DNA from: Octopus sinensis
Taxonomy: Eukaryota
DNA: 64,000 bases
NCBI RefSeq assembly: GCF_006345805.1
Contig: NC_043015.1
Span: forward strand, 52,514,001 to 52,578,000
Direction: 5' to 3'
The translations under genes were made by a program, and so were the position numbers. The notes beneath the pieces are model-generated. The model made no database searches, was not told where the DNA came from, and worked only from the letters and a program-made list of their open reading frames with translations. Positions 1-13,776 of this stretch are shown here, piece by piece (the first letter of the stretch is position 1; the number at the start of each line of letters is the position of its first letter).

Positions 1-37
1 GTTAAATAAGATAATAGCTAAGCTAGGTGTGGTGTTG

Positions 38-94
38 TTATCCAGAATGGGCCGCATTGTTTAAACTGGTTGATTTATGTATGAAATTTAGCAG
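38..94 (-). other. Candidate distal 3' exon start (strong acceptor at 96-95)
   Basis: Very long U/C tract ending ctttaacttccag|CTG. Phase 0 reads LLNFIHKSTSLNNAAHSG*, phase 1 reads (S)AKFHT*. Splice signal only. Confidence 0.3.
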
Positions 95-552
95 CTGGAA
101 GTTAAAGAAAGGAAAGAAAAAAAAAAGGAAAAAACAAAGAAAGAAAAAAATGTGGTTTGAATAGTTAAAACAAATCTCATCTAGAAGCAGATTTTTAATG
201 TATGCAGGGTAAGAATAAAAAGAAAAAAGAAAAAACAGGAAAGAAGACAGATGGCAGTACAAGAAGTGCCTACTTTTGCAATAAGCAGGAGGGATTTGTT
301 AGCAATGAGATAGAAGAACATGAAAGGTTAACAAAGAATACAAGGTTGGAAGATAGGCAGTGATATGTAAGTAAAAGTGTATCTTGTTTTGCAAGTTTAT
401 GGCAGGTCAACCTATTAAATCTAGACCAGGATTTCCAAAAGCAGAATAGTTAACATTTAATATGCAAACTTAAGACAACAAATATTATTGAATGCATCTG
501 GCCATAATATACATACATATACACATACGTTCATATATATAATGCACGTAAA

Positions 553-2055
553 TAGAGTGGTATCGATTAAGTGACAAAAGCAAATTGATGATTAAGCAAT
601 TATTATTATTTATTCAAACTACAAACAAGTAACTATTAAATAAGCTTAATGCATTTATTGACAATATCAATAATACCACAAAAATTTATGTCACTTTTTA
701 ATCATTTTTTTCCCCCAGCAAAATGTAACGTTTGCATCTGGTACACTAATGTTAAACCAGGTACCTGAAATATCTAAAAATTGAATCGCATTTGTAAGGC
801 ATTGAATATATGTTTGAACATATGCTCTGGAGTTTCTGCCTGTTATTTCTTTTTTTTTTTCTAGCTATATATTCCATATGATGCAAGTTCCTAAATTTTT
901 TTCATTAAAATGCTCATGATGACCCATTTTTACAAGTTTTCTATTAACTTAAATCTAAGGATGGTGAGGGCCACTGCAGTATAGACATTTTCTTGCTTTT
1001 ACATAAGAACTTTTAATTATTTATGCACTATTTTTCAGATCATCATTGTCATGCTGACAAATCCATTGACAATCAGCCCAACTAGCTCCTTGCAAATGGA
1101 AAGCATAACCTTCTCCAAGCCAGGTTCTTCAGATAATATGTTTTGTCCATTATGTTTTGACTGACTTCTTTTCCACAAATACAACGCCAAATCCAGGACA
1201 TTGTCAGCACCATACATTCTTGTTGTAATTCTTCTCTTGTATGACATCAGATGTATATTTGGCTGTCAAATCAAAGCAAATTAAATTTTGATTGATCCAA
1301 CAACTACATCTTGGACCAGTCTGGTAATGCCCAATTCTTAAGCTCCTGAACAAATGAATGAAGAAGCATCAGGTTTTCAGAGAAATGTACATCATTTTAT
1401 TAAACAAAATGCCCCCCCACCACAAGCCCAGACAGCATTAATTCATTTCATTTTAATATGATACCCATCTGCAAGTGATATTTCAGCCAAATGCCATTTA
1501 AAATGTCAACAGCATTCATATTTTAGTTCCTCATAGATAACCAATGAATGTATTGGTCCATCCTTCAGCAGACATTAGTGATGGTCCTAATAAAAAATGA
1601 GCAGAATAGTCACTAGTTTTGTTGAAGGTATCCACAGAATGGCAAATAAGAATTGCTGAACAACTAATTTCAGAAGCGATGTCTCAAAAATTCCTTTACA
1701 GCTTATGTAGTAAGACAATTATTTATCATGTCCTTGATAAGCATTTTCTTTCATCAATTACAAAAGATCACAATATGATATAATCCAATATTTTTTAGAA
1801 CTAATTTACATCATCTCAAATACAAATATTAAAATATTTTGCTTAAAATATACTTAAATCAAGTGACATTTACTTGTGTGGCTTTATTAATGTTTTCAAT
1901 AACAATATTAGGTTAATTAAAATTTAGATTTTTAAACTTACATCATGTAAAGGAGTAGAACAGACTTTTTATTTATTCATGGATACTTTCGGTCGAGATT
2001 AATGAGTGTTTAATCCCCACGTGCTTTTGACTTAAAAATAAGTAAGACCACTCTA
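553..2055 (-). mobile_element. Decayed Tc1-like (DD34E) DNA transposon
   Basis: Degenerate TIRs TAGAGTGGT...TAAGT(GA)CAAAAGC at both ends. Broken minus-strand motifs DWSK..LDQSKFNL, QHDND.LK and ILQWPSPSLDL...IENL (Tc1 consensus WxxVxFSDESKFNL, QHDNDPKH, WPSQSPDLNPIENLW). Confidence 0.85.
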
Positions 2056-2379
2056 TATATTATATATATATGCATTTACACACACACACATATATATACA
2101 CACACACACACACATATACATACACACACATATACACGCACACACATATATACATACACACACACATATATACATACACACACATATACATATGTATATA
2201 TATACAGACACACACGTGTATACAAATATGTGTGTATACAAATATATATGTGTATACAAATGTGTGTGTATATATACAAATATATATGTGTATATAAAGT
2301 AGTCATTGGTTATGGCCAGTCAGAAAATTACCATCAATTTCACATCTGCATACACACACAAACATATATTAAAGAGAGG

Positions 2380-2428
<49 letters not shown>
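2053..2428. repeat. Compound (TA)/(CA)/(AG) microsatellite
   Basis: Read directly from the sequence. Confidence 0.9.
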
Positions 2429-2432
<4 letters not shown>

Positions 2433-4885
2433 CGAAGTAAAAACTTCAGAGACTTGATTGAACAAAGTTTGTTAATCTCTCCTGTTTAGGATTCAGAATG
2501 AGGCTGTCAAGGTATAAATAATAAGGAGGGGAAAAGGGGTGGGTGGGTGTTATGGCCAACTGGCAAGGTGTTAGATTCTCAAGAAACAGAGTTACAGTAA
2601 AAAATAAAAAGATATATAAAGAAACAACCCTGTGATGATAAAATAGTTATAGCAATGGTAGCAAGCAATAAGGGAATACAGAAATAGCAGTTGTTGGAAC
2701 TGTTGTCAGGCATTCTGAATGGTAAACAAGGAAAGGGAGAAGAACAGATCATTAATTTCTGTTTTAGTTAAGCTTTAAGTATTTCAAAGAAAGCAGGATT
2801 CAGACACAAGAGTAAAAAAAAAAAAAAAAACATAGAAAGGAAAAAAAAAGAGCAGATTGTCATTAAAGAAAGCAAAAAGAATATCATCATCATCATTGTT
2901 ATTATTCCTTTTTTTTTTTGCATCTTGGTTTTGTAATGTAACTTCATCTATCACACTGTGGCAAAGAAATTACTGTTACTGTTTTTTTTTTCTCTTAATT
3001 GAAAGAAAATGAAGCAATATTAACATTGAGGGAGAATATAAGATAAGAAAAAAGCAGATAAGGAAGGGAAGGATAAAAATTGATCAACAACAGCAATGGA
3101 AAAAATGAATAACAAGTTAAATGTTACACAAAACTGTGTAGATCAAATGAAACTGAATGAGTTGTTAAGAATTCCATTTGAAGGGTGGACTGGGATTTAG
3201 AGAGAAAGAGAGAGAGAAAGGTGGGTAAGATAAACCCTGCCCTTTTAACTCACCAGGTGGGATACCAAGGTGGAAAAAAAAAAATAATAAAGTGTAAAAA
3301 GAATAAATCAAAACTAAATAAAAGACAATGAAACATTTAAGACAAAAGATCTGCACTAATTTAGGGTAAAGTGCACAATGATGGAAATATAATGCCTCTC
3401 TGGTTGGGGAAAATAAGGATACTCTACAAGTTCTTTATGCAGAAGGCAACCCGAGGAAACTTACGATCGCTTATTCAGAAATTATTTCCACACCAGAAAC
3501 AGGTATACGAATTATCAAATTATTCTCATGTTTTGGCCTTCCATTAAGAATTTTCTGTGATAAAAATAGAAAGTATGTTTTTGCCCCCACCCCCATAATT
3601 TTTAGGAAAAGTTGGACTAGACCTGTCAGTTGAATAAAATGTCAAACTACATTGGCAGGGGTTTTGCAAACCACAGCTTCTCTTGCTTGACACATTTAAG
3701 TTTGCTTAAAAAGTTCTTGATTAAGGAGTTTCTAATGAGGGAAAAAAAGTACTCTAGCAGTTCTGTGAGTTTGTGGTAATTATGATGTTTTGCTAGTTGA
3801 AAAGATCTAATGAAACAAAAACAAGATTGTGGAGTTGTACCAGATCAGACCCCACACCCACCCCACCACCTATTTCCATTTAATTTCAGAGATCTCTTTC
3901 TTGTTCCCTTTCAAAAAAAAAAAATAATAATAATTTTAAATCAAGTATTCTTTAAAGTAAATGCTTTTTGCCAACATAATGTGGCTGTCCTGAAAGGGAC
4001 GATGTTACTGTTGTTATAGTCCCGAGAAACATTGTTTCTAGCTGGCTATACTACACACTGTGTCCTTATATTTTCAAACGGGGAGCTCAGCAAATTAAAA
4101 TATTATCAACACAAATGACTTTTATTCTTGTTACCATTATAAACTGATAAAAAGGATAAAAAAGAAACAAAAAACCTTCTTGGTTTCACACTTCAAACAT
4201 TTTAGTCAGCACTTAACTATAAACCCACTGGGACTGAAAAGTTGCTTGCTAAAAGTGGAGAGTTCAGACTGTAACAAGACACAAGTTTTAAAATTGAATA
4301 AAAAGTACAGCAGAAATATATTACTAGCAAGTCAGGAGTTGCAGATAAGATGAACAAACATTTCAAGTGAGATCAGTGAATTAAAGATAACACCCTAGAG
4401 TGGGTAAGCTGCTGCAGAGTCTGGAATTTCAGTAATTATATTGGAAATGAAGAAGAAAACATCCCGGGAAGAATTGTATATTGGTAAGTTATGAGGTGAA
4501 GGAACATTATCTCATATCTCATCATAACCTTATATTGTATGAGATGGAACCAGAATTTAAGACATACACATTGTATGTGTGTGTGTGTGTGTGTATTTGT
4601 TTGTATATGAATGTGTGCATACATGTATATTCTTCTCTGACAGCTACAGGAAAGGAAAAAGTTACCCTACATCATCACAGAGCAACTCAAACAGACATAG
4701 GTCTGTTGGTGGTTTCATCATATCTACTTTTATGTTAAGAGAGGAAGTTGGTTAAGGATACATTTCCCTCCTAAAGTGCAAGATGAAGATTAATTTCAAG
4801 TCAGCCCAAATCAATGAAACTATTTGTCTATCAACTTCAGTAACTGGCAACTTTTACTAAGCAATGTGGGGAGGGTTAAGGGTTA

Positions 4886-4922
<37 letters not shown>

Positions 4923-7306
4923 TCAATTTGAACAAGTAGTAAGAAATAGATATTAAATCAAGTTTGCAAATATATGCAGCTTGTACAGTGAATCTCTAAC
5001 AAGAATTCTCCGTTTGTAATGATATAAACTAGTCGGTTCGTAACAGGAAATTAGAATATACTCCTGCACCACTATAATAATAATAAAAAGAAAACAAAGA
5101 CTGCTGACATTGGCATGAAACCACACATTTATAAAGGAGTTATGTCCTCAATCAAATCAATCAATCTCAATATATTGATGTATCAGTATTAATATTGTAA
5201 TTTTATTGACTCTGGAGAGATGAAAACCAAAAATGATGTCAGCAATATTTGAACTCAAAACACGAAATAATTAAACAAGAACTGCTAAGAGTTCAATCTA
5301 AACTTCTTTGGGTTTTCTTCTCCACAGACTGTAGTGGTAGCAGAAGTAGTAAGTAAAAGGAGTAGACAAAGGAACACACACAAATTAATTTACAGATTAA
5401 ACAAATGAAAAGAAAATATAGATTGTTGTGCTGAACACAAGGCTGTGTTGTTAAGTTGTTTGCTTTGCAAGTAGAAATCTCTAGGTTCAATTCCTTTGTG
5501 TGTACCACGGGCAAGTGCTTTCTGTCACAGCCTCACTTTGCCTGATACCATGTGAGTGAAATTTGGAAGCCATCATGTGTGCATGTTCTATGTATGTGTG
5601 TGTGTGTGTTCTTGTTTGTTCAATTCAATATATATTGAAATAAAAAGTAAACATGAGGCAAAGAAGAAGAAAAAAAGAGAAACAAACTAAAAAAAAAAAG
5701 CCAGAGCTAGGTAAGTACATATGTTCTACTTTGAGTTGAACATTCCCTTGTCAAGTGCAAAGCCATGAACAAGTAAGTGAATGGTCCTTTGAGACCCATA
5801 GCTTTCCACAAGTAGTATTTGTGTTTTGGCTGGACACTTAACTGTAAGCATCCCAGTTTATCAAGACAGGAATAAGAACACAGATTCTGATATAGTTACC
5901 TGCAACAGACAAATGTCCTATCCAGATAAAGTTATCAATTGTCCACTTTATAACATTAAAAGTAAGGTAAGGCATGGGTCCTTACAGATAGATCCTCTGA
6001 CAGATGAAGTAGGATATTTATGGGAATGTTCTATATCCAATATTTCAGATTAAGGTAAGAAAGATGGTTTTACAAATTTCAACATCTAAACACTGCTGAA
6101 GCAAAAGCAAATGGTATTTTGTTTAACTTTTTGCTTTTTAAAGCTAATTGCTGTTTCTGTTTAGCTTCAAGTTAACTGTGACTGAGCAGACCATGATAAA
6201 AGACATTCCAACTGTGAATAAACCTACCTTTTAAAGAAGCATGCATACAAATACATTATTCCAGGTGTTCATTGCTTACTTCTGTCAGTTCCTTACTGAA
6301 GGGCAGTTTCAAAGGAAATTTAGCTCCTGTTTTAGCAGAATGAGCAACTGTGTAGGAAATCCTTCTTTGGCTTGAAAAATTTTCTGCTACATTGGGAATG
6401 AATTTGGTTTTTATCTCTTCTTATGGCAAGCCATTTAACAACGAAGTAGCATTCCTTATTCATTTGCTGATTAAGTAGTTACAGAAACGTCTTATCTAGC
6501 AGGGAGAGAAAAGACACAAAAATCCCAACAGATGTATCAAAGTTGGAACTGATAATTTATGCAGTCAGGAGTCTACTGAGAGCTGAGTAGCATGGTCAAT
6601 TAGTTGCTATGAATTCTATTGTCTCAGGCATTCACCACAAAGAAAGGGACTATAAAGCTGGAGAAGCCCTTGATTTTAGAGGTAAGGAGACAATGGACTG
6701 AGTATGTGGCTGAACTGATATTTGTGAACATACCTTCTGTGAAAGACAGGAACAACAGAATATTCTAGACACTCCCAAAATGCAAATTAAAAACAAAAGA
6801 AAAAAGTCCACCCCCACCCTATCTCTGTTTCTGAATTAATGTAAAGACAGTTGGCTGGCAAAAGCGAGTGTGTTAAATATGAGTATTCCACAGTCGATTA
6901 ATCCATAGTTGTCTAAAGATTTCTTCAAGCCATCCCATTTGAATGACTTCCAGCATACCCAAGTCATTCTGGAGTTATGCCCATGTCTCACTGCTACCAT
7001 ACCACAAGAGAGAGATGATAAAGATAATAAATGTGGATTTTTGTGTGCATATTGAGCTGTTCCATTGTTTCTGAACATGCTAATTAAGGAGGCCAGAGGC
7101 CAAAGATGTCAATACAAATCTTTTTTTGGTACATAATGAAGTAGAAATTTCATTTTCTTCAACTAATGATCCAAGATATGGAAACATTGTGACTTGTCCC
7201 ATTTGTACTCTGAATATAATTCATTGAAATTTTATCTGGAACAAGTATTTTGGACTCAGAAATAAACCATCCAAAATTAGAAAGAATTAGAAATAATTCT
7301 TATTTT

Positions 7307-7710
7307 GGCACAGGACCAGCAGTTTTGAGGGGAAAAGCAAGTTGATTACATCAGCCTCATACTTGGTTGATACTTTATTTCATCGACGCCGAAAGGATGA
7401 AAGGTAAAACTGACCACGACAAGATCAGAACTCAGAATGTACGGAACCAGATGAAATGTCACTAAGCATTTTGTCTGATGCACCATTTTGCCAGCTCAAT
7501 GCCTTTACTACTACTGTGCTAATAATAATAATCCTTTCTATTATAGGCACAAGGCCTGAAATTTTGTGAGAGTGCTCAACTGGTATTGTTTTATTGATCA
7601 TGAAAAGCTGAAAGGTAGAGTCGACCTTGGTGGAATTTGCACTCAGAGCATCAAGACATACACAATGCCAGTAAGCTGGTATGCTAATGATTCTACCAGA
7701 TTGCCAGCTT
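7307..7710 (-). mobile_element. Two tandem copies of the same tRNA-SINE
   Basis: Same consensus at 7307-7506 and 7546-7710. Confidence 0.75.
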
Positions 7711-8090
7711 AAATAATATTATGCGATTGATTCTGCCATTAATTGATAATAATAATAATGCCCTGATGTAGTACCAGGCAGTAGCTCTTATGGCTTTTGA
7801 TCTTAACTGATTGGAATTGTTATCATATACATTGTTTTGTCTTGGTATAAAAGATGGCTTACAGCAAATATTCAGCACAATACCACAGATTTGCTTGCCA
7901 GTTGTTTGATCATAACCAGTTGAGCATGTCCCTTGGTTGCTGACGAGATGTGCATTTCTGATCAAGAGCAGGAGTAGTGGGGGAGCATCATAACCATGTA
8001 TGGAGTTTGAATAATTCACCTCTGGAAACATGGGTGTTTTGTTCAACATCGTTAAACAACCCTTATTCAAAGACCATTTGAGTGGAATGG

Positions 8091-8235
8091 GTTCAAATTA
8101 TGCCACGGTCAACTTTGTTTTCCATCCTTTTGGCAATTGATAAAGTAGGAATCATTTGAGCAGTGGGGTCAATGTAATCAACTTACCCCTTGCCCCAAAA
8201 TCACTGGTCATGTACGAAAATTTGAAACGAATATT
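8091..8235 (+). mobile_element. tRNA-SINE partial copy, opposite orientation
   Basis: ttcaaatt..gcc.cggtcaactttg...catcctttt...gataaa...ggggtcaatgtaatc. Confidence 0.6.
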
Positions 8236-11200
8236 ATGATCAAGAAGACAAAGAGGAGAATGGGAGGAGAAAGATGTACTTAGAGTAGACAAGTAGATAA
8301 ATATAGAGGAAAAAAGGGGGTAAATCAGAGAATGATAAAGACATTTAACATTTTTTTTTCAAGATGGCAAAAATTTTTTAAAAAGTGTTTAGAATGTGAA
8401 ATTAGATTACAGAGTAGAGCAGAAAAATTAGAAGTATGTTGTAAAACAAATTGAATAATAACTCTAAGTTTCTAATGAAAACAGCCATTCAAGGCAAAAT
8501 ATCCAAGCGATTTCATCATACAGGCAACAGGGTGGGAATGGCAGGGAGTGCAGAAGGATGAGTGAGGAAGAGTTGACGCGAGGCTGTGTTTCTGTGTGAG
8601 TGTGTGTGTGTGTGTGTGTGTGGTGCAAGGGTAAAGGCAGATAGTAAAGCACAAATCAGCTCGGATTATACATTACACATCTATATATATATAAATATAT
8701 ATATATCTTATAGAAATGGCATGATTGTATGTATGTATGTGAGTGTGTGTATAAGTATACGTGTATGTATGTATTTATTAATTTATTAAAAATCCAAGAT
8801 TTCCCTCCGTTACTACTCTAAGTTAACCGATTCCATTTTACCACAAAAACAGAAACAGATACCTTAAATTAGTACTGGAAGGAACACTCAGCTGTGAGTG
8901 AAAAAGTAAATTCTGGTGAGTGTGTAGATATAATAATTTTTACTCCCATTGGTGAGTCCAGATGCACATATAGAAATATGTAAGAATATATGTTGAGATA
9001 GATGTTAGTAGTTCTTTGTGAGTGTGTAAATTAATGTACATGTGCTTGTATTTAAAGCATGCATGTATGTATAGGTATAGATGACACAAATCAATCGGTG
9101 AAAAAAAATCAAACTTGAAGGCGAGGGGAGGGAGTGGCCTGTGCATAACAGTAGAGAGCAGCCATTACAGAAATGCATGTATGTTCAAGTCAGTAGAGAG
9201 AAACAGCCGCGAAACATATGCATACACATACACACAAACATATACATACACATATACACAAAAATACACTATACACATATACACAAACATACACTATGCA
9301 CATACACACAAACATATACACTCATATACATAAACATACACACAAACAAACACTCATACACATACACACAAAACCCATTACTCATATTTACATATACAAA
9401 ATATGCACACGCATACTCACACATACATGTAAGCACCATATATCTTATAAACCCTTAAACAATGCAGGTAAGTGGAAAAGTTAGTCAAAATATAGTGATG
9501 GCAATAAATAAAGACAAAGGCAAAATATTATATCACCCTCCATTCATCGTATAATGCTTCTGATTTATTTAAGGAAAATTTCACCTTATTAAATATAAGA
9601 AAGAAAACATCAAAAGGGCAGGCTGATACACTTTTTCTCTAAGGCTTTAGATTACTTTCTTTCTTATATTTGATAAGGAGAACCTTTTCCCAAAATATAA
9701 TAGAAGCATTAAACAACCAATGTAAGGCTGTTTTCTTTTTATGTACTGACATCACTTTTCACATTTTGCCAAATTTCTCACTGGCATTGCTTAAAGGTTT
9801 CTTTAAAATATGTCATTTGCACATTGCAATGCTTCAATCAGAGAACAATATCCGTTTAAATGTAAATACATAAAAACATATACATAAACACATGTTCATA
9901 TATACATACACAAACATATATACATAAATAAACACACACATTTTCTTATACCTACATATTCACATAGATACATATACAGAATTATTGAGATAGATGTATA
10001 CACACACATTCAAATATATACAAACAATTACGTAGATACAAATTTTATGTATACACACAAATACAAATATACATACATATACTTACATACAAATACACAC
10101 ACAAACACATGTACAAGTCATATACACATACATGTACAAGTCCATATACATTGATACATCTGCACACATACACACATGAATACATACACATACAATCACA
10201 CACACACACACGCGCAAATACACTCGTCCATTCAGACAAAACATACATAAAATCAACTAAAAACATTGAAAATAGAACACTTAAAGCAATAATTATATGA
10301 GGCTATATATATATATACACGTTTATATAGTTAGGGCTATTAGAATGGCAGAATTGGCATCAGGCAAACAGGTAACAGAAGCAATTGGACAGAAAATGGC
10401 ATGTCTCAGGTATATTTTGTTAATCAGTGAGGTCATCGTTAACTTAGGTTTCATTTTCTTTTCAAGTTTAACTTAAATTGTAAGTTTAAGCAGTGGTTGG
10501 TCATTGTAACATTATAAGAAAATAAATAATCGTAATAAGGAGCTGACAACCATGTTGTATGACTGTGTATGGATGCATATGTATGTGTGTGTATATATAT
10601 TTATATATACATATATAAATATGTATACATATTATTTATAGCTGCACACATATAAACAAACACACATACATGCTCACATATATTTCAACAATTACACATA
10701 AATGTATGTATAAATACACTGTAGATAGTAAAATTTGATAAAATGTACAGCGAACTTGCTGTGGGAAATGGGAAACCCAGCATTTCAGTTTCACTATATA
10801 CTACTACAAGTCATACCAGCACAGACCAATTACCAGCCTGTTTGGAATCAGTTTCATCATACACTCACACACACACATGAATATACAGACACATAAAAAC
10901 GCATATGGCTGAACATTCGCTTCACAGCCACAACGTCCTAAATTCAAATCCACAAGCTTGGCATCTTGGGTGAATGTCATTTTCTATGGCCCAAACCTTG
11001 TGAGCGAAACTGAGAAGACAGACACAGTATAGAGGTCTGTTGGGTGGACTGTACATGTAATTTAAAAGCTACACCTTTGACATACACTGTCACTCTATTT
11101 TCTGCCCGAGAGTTATGTTGAAGGTACACGTGTCAGCTACTTGAGGGTATACAATGCTCAGCTATTTAAGGGCAGGTCATTCAGCTCATTGAAGAGCTGA

Positions 11201-11664
11201 ATCCTTGTCCTACAAGAGAGATTTGTAGGACTATGTGTGTGCGTGTGTGTGTGTTTACACAAACACACACATACATATGCACATGGATATAAATATATGT
11301 GTATATGCATATACATGCATATTTATAAAAATATATATACACACACATACACTACCACAATCATGTAAATACGCATTTACTCAATTTGTTTTTCTGATCA
11401 AAACGCAAACTTTTCAAAGCAAACCAGTGGAAAAGTGTGTAGTGTTTGAGTATAACTTTGTATTTACTCACACCAAGAGATTTTCTATATACAGTGATTG
11501 AGTTAAACTCACTGACGAGTACACTTGACTTTTGCAAATGGCACAGATCCTATATGCATGAAGGATTAATCCAGTTTACCAACACACAATTATACCTATC
11601 TATCTGCATGTGGTAGCGCAGGTGAGTGTGTGTGTATATATATATATACATATATACACACAAT

Positions 11665-11724
<60 letters not shown>

Positions 11725-11869
11725 TACACACTCATGTATGAAAACACACATACATACATGGCTGTGTGCCCATTTTAAGATAACAAAATGGAAGTGGGGA
11801 TACAAAAAGCTGTAGCAATGCAGAAAGTGTGAGCAATGTACATTTTATAAAGGCTAAATTGCCAAGCTA

Positions 11870-12345
11870 GAAGTAGTAGTAGTAGTAGCAGTAAAAGTAG
11901 TAGTAGTAGTAGTAGTAATATAAAGTAGCAGTAGTAGTTATAGTAGTAGTAGATGCAGGATTAAAGCCCTTCTGGTGTTTTTTTTATATTTTGGATTTTA
12001 TTGCTTTAAGTTTTATTTTGAACATGCACTTGCTGAGTCAAGTGCTGCACAACCACTACTACTACAACCATAACCATCACTGTTATCATCACCAACATCA
12101 CCACACCACCACCAGCACCGCCACCACCACCACAACCTGTAACAGTACCACCACCATCATCATGACTGCTCCAATGTAACCACCACCACCACCAACACCA
12201 CCACCACTACGATCACGGATGCTGCCCACCATTGCGGTGTTGGGTGAGGGGGTTCTGTCTGTCAGTCTGATTGCCTTGTCTGTCTGCCTGCCTGTGTGCC
12301 TGCGTGCCTGTCTGCCCGTCTGCCTGCCTGTCTGCCTGCCTCATG
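11870..12345. repeat. Compound (TAG)n, (ACC)n and (CCTG/TCTG)n simple repeats behind the putative mbl stop codon
   Basis: Read directly from the sequence. Confidence 0.85.
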
Positions 12346-12471
12346 ACTGGGTACTGCTAGGCTGTTGTAGGCAACCATCGGTTTGGACAATGAGCCAGCT
12401 GGGCAGATGTGATGGAGGGACATGAGTGAGGTGCGGGAGTCCAGCACTGTACTCCAAGTTGCTAGTTACAC
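12341..12471 (-). CDS. mbl: Probable terminal coding exon of muscleblind
   Basis: Strong acceptor atttcttttcctcctcctcttcactgcag|GT. Phase-1 entry gives (C)VTSNLEYSAGLPHLTHVPPSHLPSWLIVQTDGCLQQPSSTQS-stop(TGA 12343-12341). GC-rich unique island. AATAAA on the minus strand at 11997-12002 and 12012-12017. Confidence 0.55.
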
Positions 12472-12944
12472 CTGCAGTGAAGAGGAGGAGGAAAAGAAAT
12501 GACGACGACGACGTTGGCGACGAACATAATAATAACGATAATAATAATACTGATAATCTTTCTTTAATAATGATTTTTGTTATGGGACACAAGGGCCCTA
12601 GACATTGAGGACAAAACAAGGATGACGATGATCTGATGATACTTATAATGATGATGTTAACGATGATGATCATGATAATGGAGACATAATGATGATGACG
12701 ACAATTAGGATAACAAGAACAATACATTTCCAATACTTTTTTTCAAAATGTTACAGAAAAAATTTTTCAACTAGTTTAAAACAGTGAATGTCCATCCAAA
12801 CATTTCTGTTAATTCATTGTGACTGCACATCTAAGTATCTCGGCCCATATATTGCAAATGTGCATCAAAACATCTCTACGCTTTTATCAGCATTAAAGAG
12901 AAATAAACACAACCATAAATACGAACACCAAAACCTGAAGCTTC

Positions 12945-13165
12945 TATGCGGTTGACCTTCTAGAAATAGGAGCAATATCTCCTTTAGATCACATTCTGTT
13001 TGTTTTAGGAAAAAGGACACAGTGGATTATATAGTATGCTACAGGGTTTCCTGCATACATGAAAAAAATGTGATGGTCACAGCAGAAATGCCTTTGATCA
13101 GAGGCTTGCTTGATTGAGCCTGACCTGGGTGGGATGGGGGCCTAAACAACAACAGCAGCAACAAC
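12945..13165 (+). repeat. ~200-bp interspersed repeat ending in (AAC)n; copies at ~14120-14410, 24470-24650, 24848-25030, 58360-58480 and inverted at ~6170-6280, 49150-49325, 50432-50625
   Basis: Shared ctgctagaaata.cagccaaatc...ggaatgcctttgatca..ggtctgct...gacctggggctaaacaacaac. Confidence 0.65.
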
Positions 13166-13776
13166 ACTGACATTCAAGTCAAGATTTGAAAATCAAACAT
13201 AAGAGTTCAGAAGCTGAAATCTGCATACAAACATGTGTGCACACACATGTATATATCTATACACACAACTCAACACAAACACCTACACAGGACAGCATAC
13301 GGTCGCACTCATATTCAAATACATGCCCACACACAAAATACAAGAGTAAATGCTTAACAAAAACAGGGAAAAGATCTAAAGATTCTTGGAAGTTTAGTAA
13401 CAGGGTTTGATAAACAAATAGAGCATCAGATCAGAATGTTTCCAGTTTTATCTTTCAACAACTAAAATTGTTGTTGTCACTGTTTAGGTCAACATCAACA
13501 CTATGTCCATTCTAGAGAAGACTTAGTGATAGGTTCGAATCAATGAGGGAATTTCTTTACTTATTCACACGCCTGTTAAAAGTAAGAGTAAAATGTGTTT
13601 CAAATCACTCCCTAGCTCTTTACATGATCTCTCATCCGGTTAGAAATATTTCTGTCAGTACAAAGTAGCACAGAGTGGAACCAAACCCGATGCTGTGTGG
13701 TTATAAAGCCAACTGCTAGGCCACATAGACCATGTCTGTATCTGGTGAGCTTCTTAACCACCCAGCTATGATTATT

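Noticed and set aside
2600-2760. Acceptor-like ccttgtttaccattcag| at 2715 with nearby YGCY motifs
   Set aside because: No donor or homology; pyrimidine tracts are common here.
3248-3315. Strong minus-strand donor CCTG|gtgagt at 3254
   Set aside because: No plausible acceptor; the upstream sequence is poly-U, not exon-like.
5826-6053. 75-aa plus-strand ORF
   Set aside because: No recognisable motif or splice context.
7693-8070. 125-aa minus-strand ORF
   Set aside because: Lies entirely within the multi-copy TAA-flanked repeat; the frame is not preserved in other copies.
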